64,000 nucleotides of DNA from Eledone cirrhosa (Eukaryota): assembly GCA_964016885.1 (NCBI GenBank), contig OZ024743.1:336970001-337034000 (forward strand), read 5' to 3'. A program made the position numbers and the translations under genes. Under the pieces are notes generated by a model. That model searched no databases and was not told the DNA's origin. It saw nothing but the letters and a program-made list of their open reading frames with translations. Positions within the stretch are counted from its first letter, which is position 1; every line of letters begins with the position of its first letter. Of the stretch, positions 34,001 to 52,000 are shown in pieces.

Positions 34001-37000
34001 ACCATGACATAACATTGTACACTAAACTGTATTACAACATATCAAACTATAGGATAACATTATACACTAAACTGTAATATAACATATCAAACCAAGACAT
34101 ATCAGTATACACTAAACTGTAATATAACATATCAAACTATAAGATAACAGTGTACACTAAACTGTAATATAACATATCAAATCATCACATAACATTGTAC
34201 ACTAAACTGTAATATAACATATTAAGCCATGAGATAACATTGTTCACTAAACTGTAATATAACATATCAAACTATAAGATAACATATCAAACTTGAAGAT
34301 AACATTGTACACTAAACTCTAATATAACATAACAAACAATGATATAACATTGTACACTAAACTGCAATATAACATATGGATCTATAGTATAACATTGTAC
34401 ACTAAACTGTAATATAACATATGAAACTATAAGATAACATCGTACACTAAACTGTAATATAACATATCAAAGTATAGGATACCATTGTACCCTAAACTAT
34501 AATATAACATATTAAACCATGACATAACATTGTACACTAAACTGTAATATAACATATCACAACATTACATATCAGTATACACTAAACTGTAATATAACAT
34601 ATCAAACTATAGGATAACATTGTACAAAAACTGCAATATAACATATCAAACTATAAGATAACATTGTACACTAAACTGTAATATAACATATCAAATCATG
34701 ACATGACATTGTACACTAAACTGTAATATAACATATCAAACTATAGGATGATATTGTACACTAAACTGTAATATAACATATCAAACTATAAGATAAAATT
34801 GTACACTAAACTGTAATATAACATATAAAACTATAAGATAACATTGTACACTAAACTGTAATATAACATATCAAACTATAGGATAACATTGTACACTAAA
34901 CTATAATATAACATATCAAACCATGACATAACATCGTACACTAAACTGTAATATAACATATCAAACTATGGGATAACATTGTAAACTAAACTGTAATATA
35001 ACATATCAAACCATGACATAACATTGTACACTAAAGTGTAATATAACATATCAAACTGTAGGATAACGTTGTACACTAAACTGTAATATAACATATCAAA
35101 CTATAACATAACATTGTACACTAAACTATAATATAACATATCAAACTATAACATAACATTGTACACTAAACTATAATATAACATATCAAATTATAGGATA
35201 ACATTGTACACTAAACTGTAATATAACATATCAAACTATAAGATAACATTGTACACTAAACCGTAATATAACATATCAAACCATGACATAACATTGTACA
35301 CTAAACTGTAATATAACATATCAAATTATAGGATAACATTGTACCCTAAACTATAATATAACATATCAAATCATGACATAACATTGTACACGAAACTGTA
35401 ATATAGCATAACAAACTATAGGATAACATTGTACACTAAACTGTAATATAACATATCAAACCATGACATACAGTATACACTAAACTGTAATATAACATAT
35501 CAAACTAAAAGATAACATTGTACAATAAACTGTAATATAACATATCAAACCATGACATAACATTGTACACTAAACTGTAATATAACATATCAAACCATGA
35601 CATAACAATGTACACTAAACTGTAATATAACATATCAAGCTAAACTGTAATATAGCATATCAAACTATACGATAACATTGTGCACTAAACAGTAATATAA
35701 CATATCAAACCATGACATATCATTGTACACTAAACTCGTAATATAACATATCAAACTATAGGATAACCTTGTATACTAAACTGTAATATAACATATTAAA
35801 CCATGACATATCATTATACACTAAACTGTAATATAACATATCAAACTATAGGATAACATTGTACAATAAACTGTAATATAAATTATCAAAGCATGACATA
35901 ATATTGTACACTAAACTGTAATATAACATATCAGACAAGGAGATAACATTGTACACTAAACTGTAATATAACATATCAAATTATAGGATAACAGTGTGCA
36001 CTAAACTGTAATATAACTTATCAAAGCATGACATAACATTGTACACTAAACTGTAATATAATATATCAAATTATAAGATAACATTGTACACTAAACTGTA
36101 ATATAACTTATCAAACCTTGACATAACATTGTACACTAAACTGTAATATAACATATCAAACTTTAAGATAACATTGTACACTAAACTGTAATATAATATA
36201 TCAATTTATAAGATAAAATTGTAGACTAAACTGTAATATAACTTATCAAACCATGACATAACATTGTACACTAAACTGTAATATAACATATCAAACCATG
36301 ACATAACATTGTACACTATACTGCAATATAACATATCAAACTATAGGATCACATTGTACAGTAAACTGTAATATGACATATCAAACTATACAATAACATT
36401 GTACACTAAACTGTAATATAACATATCAAACCATGACATAACATTGTACACTAAACTGTAATATAACATATCAAATTATAGGATATGATTGTACTCTAAA
36501 CTATAATATAACATATCAAACCATGACATGACATTGTACACTAAACTGTAATATAATATATCAAACTATAAGATAACATTATACACTAAACTCTAATATA
36601 ACTTAACAAACCATAACATAACATTGTACACTAAACTGTAATATAACATATCAAACTTTAAGATAACATTGTACACTAAACTGTAATATAACATATCAAA
36701 CTTTAAGATAACATTGTACACTAAACTCTAATATAACATATCAAACTATAGGATAACATTGTGCACTAAACTGTAATATAACATATCAAACCATGACATA
36801 ACATTGTACACTATACTGTAATATAACATATTAAAACATGAGATAACGTTGTACACTAAAGTGTAATATAATATATCAAAGTATAAGATAACATTGTACA
36901 CTAAACTGTAATATAACATATCAAAGCATGACATAACATTGTACACTAAACTGTAATATAACATATCAAACTATAGGATAATATTGTACACTAAACTGTA

Positions 37001-40000
37001 ATATAACATATAAAACCATGGAATAACATTGTACAATAAACTGTAATATAACATATTAAACCATGAGATAACATTGTACATTAAACTGTAATATAACATA
37101 TCAAAATATAGGATAACATTGTACCCTAAACTATAATATAACATATCAAACCATGACATAACATTGTACACTAAACTGTATTACAACATATCAAACTATA
37201 GGATAACATTGTACACTAAACTGTAATATAACATATCAAACCAAGACATATCAGTATACACTAAACTGTAATATAACATATCAAACTATAAGATAACAGT
37301 GTACACTAAACTGTAATATAACATATCAAATCATCACATAACATTGTACACTAAACTGTAATATAACATATCAAATCATGACATAACATTGTACACTAAA
37401 CTGTAATATAACATATCAAACTATAAGATAACATTGTACACTAAACTGTAATATATCTTATCAAAGCATGACATAACATTGTACACTAAACAGTAATATA
37501 ACATATCAAACTATAGGATGACATTGTACACTAAACTGTAATATAACATATCAAACTAGAGGATAACATTGTAGACTAAACAGTAATATAACATATCAAA
37601 CCATGACATAACATTGTACACTAAACAGTAATATAACATATCAAAACATGACATAACATTGTACACTAAACTGTAATATAAAATATCAAACTATAGGATA
37701 ACATTGTACACTAAACTGTAATATAACATATCAAACCATGACATAACATTGTACACTCAACTGTAATATAACATATTAAAACATGACATAACATTGTACA
37801 CTAAACTGTAATATAACATACCAAACTATATGATAACATTGTACACTAAACTGTAATATAACATATCAAACCATGAGATAACATTGTACACTAAACTGTA
37901 ATATAACGTATCAAACTATAAGATAACATTGTACACTAAACTGTAATATAACATATCAAACCATGACATAACATTGTGCACTAAAATGTAATATAACTTA
38001 TCAAATTATAGGATAACGTTGTACCCTAAACTATAATATGACATGTCAAACCATGTCATAACATCGTACACTAAACTGTAATATAACATATCAAACTATA
38101 GGATAACATTGTACACTAAACTGTAATATAACATATCAAACCATGACATAACAGTATACACTAAACCGTAATATAACATATCAAACTATAGGATAACATT
38201 GTACAATAAACTGTAATATAACATATCAAACCATGACATAACATTGCACACTAAACTGTAATATAACATATCAAACCATGACATATCAATGTACACTAAA
38301 CTGTAATATAATATATCAAACTATAAGATAACATTGTACACTAAACTGTAATATAACATATCAAACTATAAGATAACATTGTACACTAAACGGTAATATA
38401 ACATATCAAACCATGACATATCATTGTACAATAAACTGTAATATAACATATCAGACCATGAGATAACATTGTACACTAAACTGTAATATAACATATCAAA
38501 CTATAGGATAATCTTGTATACTAAACTGTAATATAACATATTAAACCATGACATATCATTGTACACTAAACTGTAATATAACATATCAAACTATAGGATA
38601 ACATTGTACACTAAACTGTAATATAACATATCAAATAATGACATAACATTGTACACTATACTGTAATATAACATATCAAACTATAGGATCACATTGTACA
38701 CTAAACTGTAATATGACATATCAAACTATACAATAACATTGTACACTAAACTGTAACATAACATATCAGACCATGAGATAACATTGTACACTAAACTGTA
38801 ATATAACATATCAAACTATAAGATAACATTGTACACTAAACTCTAATATAACATATCAAAGTTTAATATAACATTGTACACTAAACTCTAATATAACATA
38901 TCAAACCATGAGATAACATTGTACACTAAACTGTAATATAACGTATCAAACTATAAGATAACATTGTACACTAAACTGTAATATAACATATCAGACCATG
39001 AGATAACATTGTACACTAAACTGTAATATAACGTATCAAACTATAAGATAACATTGTACACTAAACTGTAACATAACATATCAAACCATGACATAACATT
39101 GTACACTAAACTGTAATATAACATATCAAATTATAGGATAACGTTGTACCCTAAACTATAATATGACATATCAAACCATGTCATAACATTGTACACTAAA
39201 CTGTAATATAACATATCAAATTATAGGATAACATTGTACAATAAACTGTAATATAACATATCAAACCATGACATCACAATGTACACTAAACTGTAATATA
39301 ACATATCAAACTATAAGATAACATTGTACACTTAACTGTAATATAACATATTGAAACATGAGATAACATTGTACACTAAACTGTAATATAATGTATCAAA
39401 CTATAAGATAACATTGTACACTAAACTGTAATATAACATATCAAACTATAAGATAACATTGTACGCTAAACTGTAATATAACATATCAAACCATGACATA
39501 TCATTGTACAATAAACTGTAATATAACATATCAGACCATGAGATAACATTGTACACTAAACTGTAATATAACATATCAAACTATAGGATAATCTTGTATA
39601 CTAAACTGTAATATAACATATTAAACCATGACATATCATTGTACACTAAACTCTAATATAACATATCAAACTATAGGATAACATTGTACGATAAACTGTA
39701 ATATAACTTATCAGAGCATGACATAACATTGTACACTAAACTGTAATATAACATATCAAACCATGAGATAACATTGTACACTAAACTGTAATATAACATA
39801 TCAAACTTTAAGATAACATTGTACACTAAACTCTAATATAACATATCAAAACATGATATATCATTGTACACTAAACTGCAATATGATATATGAAACTATA
39901 ATATAACATTGTAAACTAAACTGTAATATAACATATCAAACCATGAGATAACATTGTACACTAAACTGTAATATAACGTATCAAACTATAAGATAACATT

Positions 40001-43000
40001 GTACACTAAACTATAATATGACATATCAAACCATGACATAACATTGTACACTAAACTGTAATATAACATATCAAACTATAGGATAAGATTGTACACTAAA
40101 CTGTAATGTAACATATCAAACCATGACATAATAGTATACACTAAACTGTAATATAACATATCAAACTATAGGATAACATTGTACAATAAACTGTAATATA
40201 ACATATCAAACAATGACATAACAATGTACACTAAACTGTAATATAACATATCAAACTATAAGATAACATTGTACACTTAACTGTAATATAACATAATAAA
40301 CCATGAGATAATATTGTACACTAAACTGTAATATAACATATCAAAATATAGGATAATATTGTACACTAAACTATAATATAACATATCAAAACATGACATA
40401 ACATTGTACACTAATCTATAATAAAACATATCAAAATATAGGATAACATTGTACACTAAACTGCAATATAACGTATCAAGCTATGAGATAACATTGTACA
40501 CTAAACTATAATATAACATATCATAATTTAGGATAACATTGTACAATAAACTGTAATATAACGTATAAAACTATAAGATAACAATGTACACTAAACTGTA
40601 ATATAACATATCAAACCATGACATAACATTGTACACTAAACTGTAATATAACATATCAAATTATAGGATAACGTTGTACCCTAAACTATAATATGACATA
40701 TCAAAACATGTCATAACATTGTACACTAAACTGTAATATAACATATCAAATTATAGGATAACATTGTACACTAAACTGTAATATAACATATCAAACTAAA
40801 CTGTAATATAACATATCAAACTATAAGATAACATTGTGCACTAAACTATAATATAACATATCAAACCATGACATAACATTGTACAATAAACTATAATATA
40901 ACATATCAACCAATGACATAACATTTTACCCTAAACTGTAATATAACATATCAAACTATAAGATAACATTGTACACTAAACTGTAATATAACATATCAAA
41001 CTATAAGATAACATTGTACACTAAACTCTAATATAACATATCAAAACATGACATAATATTGTACACTAAACTGTCATATAACATATCAAACTGTAGGATA
41101 ACATTGTACACTAAACTGTAATATAACATATCAAACCATGACATAACATTGTACACTAAACTGTAATATAACATATCAAAATATGGGATAACATTGTAAA
41201 CTAAACTGTAATATAGCATATCAAAGCATGACATAACATTATACACTAAACTCTAATATAACATATCAAATTATAAGATAACATTGTACACTAAACTGTA
41301 ATATACCATATCAAACTATAAGATAACGTTGTACACTAAACTATAATATAATATATCAAATTATAGGATAACATTGTACACTAAACTGTAATATAACATA
41401 TCAAACTATAAGATAACATTGTACACTAAACTGTAATATAACATATCAAACCATGACATATCATTGTACACTAAACTGTAATATAACATATCAAACTATA
41501 GGATAACGTTGTACAATAAACTGTAATATATCTTATCAAATCATGACGTAACATTGTACACTAAACTGTAATATAACATATCAGACCATGAGATAACATT
41601 GTACACTAAACTGGTAATATAACATATCAAACTATAGGATAACCTTGTATACTAAACTGTAATATAACATATTAAACCGTGACATATCATTGTACACTAA
41701 ACTGTAATATAACATATCAAACTATAGGATAACATTGTACAATAAACTGTAATATAATTTATCAGAGCATGACATAACATTGTACACTAAACTGTAACAT
41801 AACATAGCAAACAATGACATAACAATGTACACTAAACTGTAATATAACATATCAAACTATAAGATAACATTGTACACTTAACTGTAATATAACATAATAA
41901 ACCATGAGATAACATTGTACACTAAACTGTAATATAACATATCAAACTATAGGATAACATTGTACACTAAACTATAATATAACATATCAAACCATGACAT
42001 AAAATTGTACACTAATCTATAATAAAACATATCAAACTATAGGATAACATTGTACACTACACTGTAATATAACATATCAAAGCATGACATAACATTGTAC
42101 ACTAATCTTTAATATAACATATCAAACTATAGGATATCCTTGTACACTAAACTGTAATATAACATATCAAACTATAAGATAACATTGTACACTAAACTGC
42201 AATATAACATATCAAGCTATGAGATAACATTGTACACTAAACTATAATATAACATATCAAAATTTAGGATAACGTTGTACAATAAACTGTAATATAACGT
42301 ATAAATCTATAAGATAACAATGTACACTAAACTGTAATATAACATATCAAACCATGACATAACATTGTACACTAAACTGTAATATAACATATCAAATTAT
42401 AGGATAACGTTGTACCCTAAACTATAATATGACATATCAAAACATGTCATAACATTGTACACTAAACTGTAATATAACATATCAAATTATAGGATAACAT
42501 TGTACACTAAACTGTAATATAACATATCAAACTAAACTGTAATATAACATATTAAATTATAAGATAACATTGTGCACTAAACTATAATATAACATATCAA
42601 ACCATGACATAACATTGTACAATAAACTATAATATAACATATCAAACAATGACATAACATTGTACCCTAAATTGTAATATAACATATCAAACTATAAGAT
42701 AACATTGTACACTAAACTGTAATATAACATATCAAACTATAAGATAACATTGTACACTAAACTCTAATATAACATATCAAAACATGACGTAATATTGTAC
42801 ACTAAACTGTCATATAACATATCAAACTATAGGATAACATTGTACACTAAACTGTAATATAACATATCAAACCATGACATAACATTGTACACTAAACTGT
42901 AATATAACATATCAAAATATGGGATAACATTGTGAACTAAACTGTAATATAGCATATCAATGCATGACATAACATTGTACACTAAACTGTAATATAACAT

Positions 43001-46000
43001 ATCAAACTATAAGATAAAATTGTACACTAAACTGTAATATACCATATCAAACCATGTCATAACATTGTACACTAAACTGTAATATAACATATCAAACTAT
43101 AGGATAACATTGTAAAATAAACTGTAATATAACATATCAAACCATGACATAACATTGTACACTAAACTGTAATATAACATATCAAACCATGACATATCAA
43201 TGTACACTAAACTGTAGTATAACATGCCAAACTCAACTGTAGTATAACATATCAAAACATGACATAGCATTGTACACTAAACTGTAATATAACATATCAA
43301 ACCATGACATATCATTGTACACTAAACTGTAATATAACATATCAAACTATAGGATAACGTTGTACAATAAACTGTAATATATCTTCTCAAATCATGACAT
43401 AACATTGTACACTAAATTGTAATATAACATATCAGACCATGAGATAACATTGTACACTAAACTGTAATATAAAATATCAGACTATAAGATAACATTGTGC
43501 GCTAAACAGTAATATAACATATCAAACCATGACATATCATTGTACACTAAACTGGTAATATAACATATCAAACTATAGGATAACCTTGTATACTAAACTG
43601 TAATATAACATATTAAACCATGACATATCATTGTACACTAAACTGCAATATAACATATCAAACTATAGGATAACATTGTACAATAAACTGTAATATAACT
43701 TATCAGAGCATGACATAACATTGTACACTAAACTGTAACATAACATATCAGACCAAGAGATAACATTGTACACCAGACTGTAATATAACATATCAAACTA
43801 TAAGATAACATTGTACACTAAACTGTAACATAACATATCAAAGTTTAAGATAACATTGTACACTAAACTCTAATATAACATATCAAACCATGAGATAACA
43901 TTGTACACTAAACTGTAATATAACGTATCAAACTATAAGATAACATTGTACACTAAACTGTAATATAACATATCAGACCATGAGATAACATTGTACACTA
44001 AACTGTAATATAACGTATCAAACTATAAGATAACATTGTACACTAAACTGTAACATAACATATCAAACCATGACATAACATTGTACACTAAACTGTAATA
44101 TAACATATCAAATTATAGGATAACGTTGTACCCTAAACTATAATATGACATATCAAACCATGTCATAACATTGTACACTAAACTGTAATATAACATATCA
44201 AACTATAGGATAACATTGTACACTAAACTGTAATATAACACATCAAACCATGACATAACAGTATACACTAAAATGTAATATAACATATCAAACTATAGGA
44301 TAACATTGTACAATAAACTGTAATATAACATATCAAACCATGACATAACATTGTACACTAAACTGTAATATAACATATCAAACCATGACATCACAATGTA
44401 CACTAAACTGTAATATAACATATCAAACTATAAGATAACATTGTACACTTAACTGTAATATAACATATTGAAACATGAGATAACATTGTACACTAAACTG
44501 TAATATAATGTATCAAACTATAAGATAACATTGTACACTAAACTGTAATATAACATATTAAACTATAAGATAACATTGTACACTAAACTGTAATATAACA
44601 TATCAAACCATGACATATCATTGTACAATAAACTGTAATATAACATATCAGACCATGAGATAACATTGTACACTACACTGTAATATAACATATCAAACTA
44701 TAGGATAATCTTGTATACTAAACTGTAATATAACATATTAAACCATGACATATCATTGTACACTAAACTGTAATATAACATATCAAACTATAGGATAACA
44801 TTGTACAATAAACTGTAATATAACTTATCACAAGCATGACATAACATTGTACACTAAACTGTAATATAACATATCAAACCATGAGATAACATTGTACACT
44901 AAACTGTAATATAACATATCAAACTTTAAGATAACATTGTACACTAAACTCTAATATAACATATCAAACCATAATATATCATTGTACACTAAACTGCAAT
45001 ATGATATATGAAACTATAATATAACATTGTAAACTAAACTGTAATATAACATATCAAACCATGAGATAACATTGTACACTAAACTGTAATATAACGTATC
45101 AAACTATAAGATAACATTGTACACTAAACTATAATATGACATATCAAACCATGACATAACATTGTACACTAAACTGTAATATAACATATCAAACTATAGG
45201 ATAACATTGTACGCTAAACTGTAATATAACATATCAAACCATGACATAACGGTATACACTAAACTGTAATATAACATATCAAACTATAGGATAACATTGT
45301 ACAATAAACTGTAATATAACATATCAAAACATGACATAACAATGTACACTAAACTGTAATATAACATATCAAACTATAAGATAACATTGTGCACTAAACT
45401 ATAATATAACATATCAAACCATGACATAACATTGTACAATAAACTATAATATAACATATCAAACAATGACATAACATTGTACACTAAACTGTAATATAAC
45501 ATATCAAACTATAAGATAACATTGTACACTAAACTCTAATATAACATATCAAAACATGACATAATATTGTACACTAAACTGTAATATAACATATCAAACT
45601 ATAGGATAACATTGTACACTAAACTGTAATATAACATATCAAACCATGACATAACATTGTACACTAAACTGTAATATAACATATCAAAATATGGGATAAC
45701 ATTGTAAACTAAACTGTAATATAGCATATCAAAGCATGACATAACATTGTACACTAAACTGTAATATAACATATCAAACTATAAGATAACATTGTACACT
45801 AAACTGTAATATACCATATCAAACTATAAGATAACGTTGTACACTTAACTATAATATAATATATCAAATTATAGGATAACATTGTACACTAAACTGTAAT
45901 ATAACATATCAAACTATAAGATAACATTGTACACTAAACTGTAATATAACATATCAAACCATGACATAACATTGTACACTAAACTGTAATATAACATATC

Positions 46001-49000
46001 AAACTATAGGATAACATTGTAAAATAAACTGTAATATAACATATCAAACCATGACATAACATTGTACACTAAACTGTAATATAACATATCAAACCATGAC
46101 ATAACATTGTACACTAAACTGTAGTATAACATATCAAACTCAACTGTAATATAACATATCAAAACATGACATAGCATTGTACACTAAACTGTAATATAAC
46201 ATATCAAACCATGACATATCATCGTACACTAAACTGTAATATAACATATCAAACTATAGGATAACATTGTAAAATAAACTGTAATATAACATATCAAACC
46301 ATGACATAACATTGTACACTAAACTGTAATATAACATATCAAACCATGACATAACATTGTACACTAAACTGTAGTATAACATATCAAACTCAACTGTAAT
46401 ATAACATATCAAAACATGACATAGCATTGTACACTAAACTGTAATATAACATATCAAACCATGACATATCATTGTACACTAAACTGTAATATAACATATC
46501 AAACTATAGGATAACGTTGTACAATAAACTGTAATATATCTTATCAAATCATGACATAACATTGTACACTAAACTGTAATATAACATATCAGACCATGAG
46601 ATAACATTGTACACTAAACTGTAATATAAAATATCAGACTATAAGATAACATTGTGCGTTAAACAGTAATATAACATATCAAACCATGACATATCATTGT
46701 ACACTAAAGTGGTAATATAACATATCAAACTATAGGATAACCTTGTGTACTAAACTGTAATATAACATATTAAACCATGACATATCATTGTACACTAAAC
46801 TGTAATATAACTTATCAAAGCATCACATAACGTTGTACACTAAACTGTAATATAACATACCAGACCATGAGATAACATTGTACACTAAACTGTAATATAA
46901 CATATCAAACTATAGGATAACATTGTGCACTAAACTTTAATATAACATATTAAACCATGAGGTAACATTGTACACTAAACTGTAATATAACATATCAAAC
47001 TATAAGATAACGTTGTACACTAAACTGTAATATAACATATCAAAATTTAAGATAACGTTGTAAACTAAACTCTAATATAACATATAAAACTATTATATAA
47101 AATTGTACACTAAACTGTAATATAACATATCAAACTATAGGATAACCTTGTATACTAAACTGTAATATAACATATTAAACCATGACGTATCATTGTACAC
47201 TAAACTGTAATATAACATATCAAACTATAGGATAACATTGTACAATAAACTGTAATATAACTTATCAAAGCATGACATAACCTTGTACACTAAACTGTAA
47301 TATAACATATCAGACCATGAGATAACATTGTACACTAAACTGTAACATAACATATCAAACTATAGGATAACATTGTGCACTAAACTGTAATATAACATAT
47401 TATACCATGAGATAACATTGTACACTAAACTGTAATATAACATATCAAACGATAAGATAACATTGTACACTAAACTGTAATATAACATATCAAACTTTAA
47501 GATAACATTGTACACTAACCTCTAATATAATATATCAAACTATAAGATAACATTGTACACTAAACTGTAATATAACATATCAAACCATGATATAACATTG
47601 TACACTATACTGTAATATAACATATTAAACGATGCCATAACGTTGTACACTAAACTCTAATATAACATATCAAACCATGACATGACAATATACACTAAAC
47701 TATAATATAACATATCAAACCATGACATAACATTGTACACTAAACTGTAATATAACATATCAAAATATGGGATAACATTGTAAACTAAACTGTAATATAG
47801 CATATCAAAGCATGACATAACATTGTACACTAAACTGTAATATAACATATCAAACTATAAGATAACATTGTACACTAAACTGTAATATACCATATCAAAC
47901 TATTAGATAACGTTGTACACTGAACTGTAATATAACATTTCAAACTATAAGATAACATTGTACACTAAACTGTAATATAACATATCAAACCATTACATTA
48001 CATTGTACACTAAACTGTAATATAACATTTCAAACTATAGGATAACCTTGTAAAATTAACTGTAATATAACATATCAAACCATGACATAACATTGTACAC
48101 TAAACTGTAATATAACATATCAAACCATGACTAACAATGTACACTAAACTGTAGTATAACATATCAAACTATAGGATAACATTGTACACTAAACTGTAAT
48201 ATAACATATCAAACCAAGACATATCAGTATACACTAAACTGTAATATAACATATCAAACTATAAGATAACAGTGTACACTAAACTGTAATATAACATATC
48301 AAATCATGACATAACATTGTACACTAAACTGTAATATAACATATCAAACTATAGGATGACATTGTACACTAAAATGTAACATAATATATCAAAGTATAAG
48401 ATAACATTGTACACTTAACTGTAATATAACATATCAACACATGACATAAAATTGTACACTAAACTGTAATATAACATATTAAACCATGAGATAACATTGT
48501 TCACTAAACTGTAATATAACATATCAAAATATAAGATAACATATCAAACTTGAAGATAACATTGTACACTAAACTCTAATATAACATAACAAACCATGAT
48601 ATAACATTGTACACTAAACTGCAATATAACATATGAAACTATAAGATAACATTGTACACTAAACTGTAATATAACATATGAAACTATATGATAACATTGT
48701 ACACTAAACTGTAATATAACATATCAAAATATAGGATACCATTGTACCCTAAACTATAATGTAACATATTAAACCATGACATGACATTGTACACTAAACT
48801 GTAATATAACATATCACAACATTACATATCAGTATACACTAAACTGTAATATAACATATCAAACTATAGGATAACATTGTACAAAAACTGTAATATAACA
48901 TATCAAACTATAAGATAAGATTGTACACTAAACTGTAATATAACATATCAAATCATGACATGACATTGTACACTAAACTGTAATATAACATATCAAACTA

Positions 49001-52000
49001 TAGGATGAAATTGTACACTAAACTGTAATATAACATATCAAACTAGAGGATAACATTGTACACTAAACAGTAATATAACATATCAAACCATGACATAACA
49101 TTGTACACTAAACTGTAATGTAACATATCAAATCATGACATGACAATGTACACTAAACTGTAGTATAACATATCAATCTATAAGATAACATTGTACACTA
49201 AACTCTAATATAACATATCAAACTATAGGATAACATTGTACACTAAACTGTAATATAACATATCAAACCATGACATAACATTGTACACTATACTGTAATA
49301 TAACATATCAAACTATAGGATCACATTGTACACTAAACTGTAATATGACATATCAAAATATACAATGACATTGTACACTAAACTGTAATATAACAGATCA
49401 AACCATGACATAACATTGTACACTAAACTGTAATATAACATATCAAACCATGAAATAACATTGTACACTAAACTGTAATATAACATATCAAGTTATAGGA
49501 TAACATTGTACCCTAAACTATAATATAACATATCAAACCATGACATAACATTGTACACTAAACTGTAATATAACATATCAAACCATGACATAACAGTATA
49601 CACTAAACTGTAATATAACATATCAAACTATAGGATAATATTTTACAATAAACTGTAATATAACATATCAAACAATGACATAACATTGTACACTAAACTG
49701 TAATATAACATATCAAACCTTGACATACCAATGTACACTAAACTGTAATATAACATATCAAACTATAAGATAACATTGTACACTAAACTGTAATATAACA
49801 TATCATACCATGACATATCATTGTACCTTAAACTGTAATATAACATATCAAACTATAGGAAAACATTGTACGATAAACTGTAACATAACTTATCAAAGCA
49901 TGACATAACATTGTACACTAAACTGTAATATAACATATCAAAATATAGGATAACGTTGTACAATAAACTGTAATATATCTTATCAAATCATGACATAACA
50001 TTGTACACTAAACTGTAATATAACATATCAGACCATGAGATAACATTGTACACTAAAGTGGTAATATAACATATCAAACTATAGGATAACCTTGTATACT
50101 AAACTGTAATATAACATATTAAACCATGACATATCATTGTACACTAAACTGTAATATAACTTATCAAAGCATCACATAACGTTGTACACTAAACTGTAAT
50201 ATAACATACCAGACCATGAGATAACATTGTACACTAAACTGTAATATAACATATCAAACTATAAGATAACGTTGTACACTAAACTGTAATATAACATATC
50301 AAAATTTAAGATAACGTTGTAAACTAAACTCTAATATAACATATCAAACTATAAGATAAAATTGTACACTAAACTGTAATATAACATATCAAACTATAGG
50401 ATAACCTTGTATACTAAACTGTAATATAAAATATTAAACCATGACATATCATTGTACACTAAACTGTAATATAACATATCAAACTATAGGATAACATTGT
50501 ACAATAAACTGTAATATAACTTATCAAAGCATGACATAACCTTGTACACTAAACTGTAATATAACATATCAGACCATGAGATCACATTGTACACTAAACT
50601 GTAATATAACATATCAAACGATAAGATAACATTGTACACTAAACTGTAATATAACATATCAAACTTTAAGATAACATTGTACACTAACCTCTAATATATT
50701 ATATCAAACTATAAGATAAAATTGTACACTAAACTGTAATATAACATATCAAACCATGATATAATATTGTACACTAAACTGCAATATAACATATCAAACT
50801 ATAGGATAATATTGTACACTATACTGTAATATAACATATTAAACCATGACATGACAATGTACACTAAACTGTAATATAACATATCAAACCATGACATAAC
50901 ATTGTACACTACACTGTAATATAACATATCAAAATATGGGATAACATTGTAAACTAAACTGTAATATAGCATATCAAAGCATGACATAACATTGTACACT
51001 AAACTGTAATATAACATATCAAACTATAAGATAACATTGTACACTAAACTGTAATATACCATATCAAACTATAAGATAACGTTGTACACTAAACTGTAAT
51101 ATAACATATCAAACTATAGGATAACATTGTAAAATAAACTGTAATATAACATATCAAACCATGACATAACATTGTACACTAAACTGTAATATAACATATC
51201 AAACCATGACATAACAATGTACACTAAACTGTAGTATAACATATCAAACTCAACTGTAATATAACATATCAAAACATGACATAGCATTGTACACTAAACT
51301 GTAATATAACATAACAAACCATGACATAACATTGTACACTAAACTGTAATATAACATATCAAACTATAGGATAACATTGTAAAATAAACTGTAATATAAC
51401 ATATCAAACCATGACATAACATTGTACACTAAACTGTAATATAACATATCAAACTATAGGATAACATTGTAAAATAAACTGTAATATAACATATCAAACC
51501 ATGACATAACATTGTACACTAAACTGTAATATAACATATCAAACCATGACATAACAATGTACACTAAACTGTAGTATAACATATCAAACTCAACTGTAAT
51601 ATAACATATCAAAACATGACATAGCATTGTACACTAAACTGTAATATAACATAACAAACCATGACATAACATTGTACACTAAACTGTAATATAACATATC
51701 AAACTATAGGATAACATTGTACACTAAACTGTAATATAACATATCAAACCAAGACATATCAGTATACACTAAACTGTAATATAACATATCAAACTATAAG
51801 ATAACAGTGTACACTAAACTGTAATATAACATATCAAATCATGACATAACATTGTACACTAAACTGTAATATGACATATCAAACCATGACATACCAATGT
51901 ACACTAAACTGTAATATAACATATCAAACTATAAGATAACATTGTACACTAAACTGTAATATAACATATCATACCATGACATATCATTGTACCTTAAACT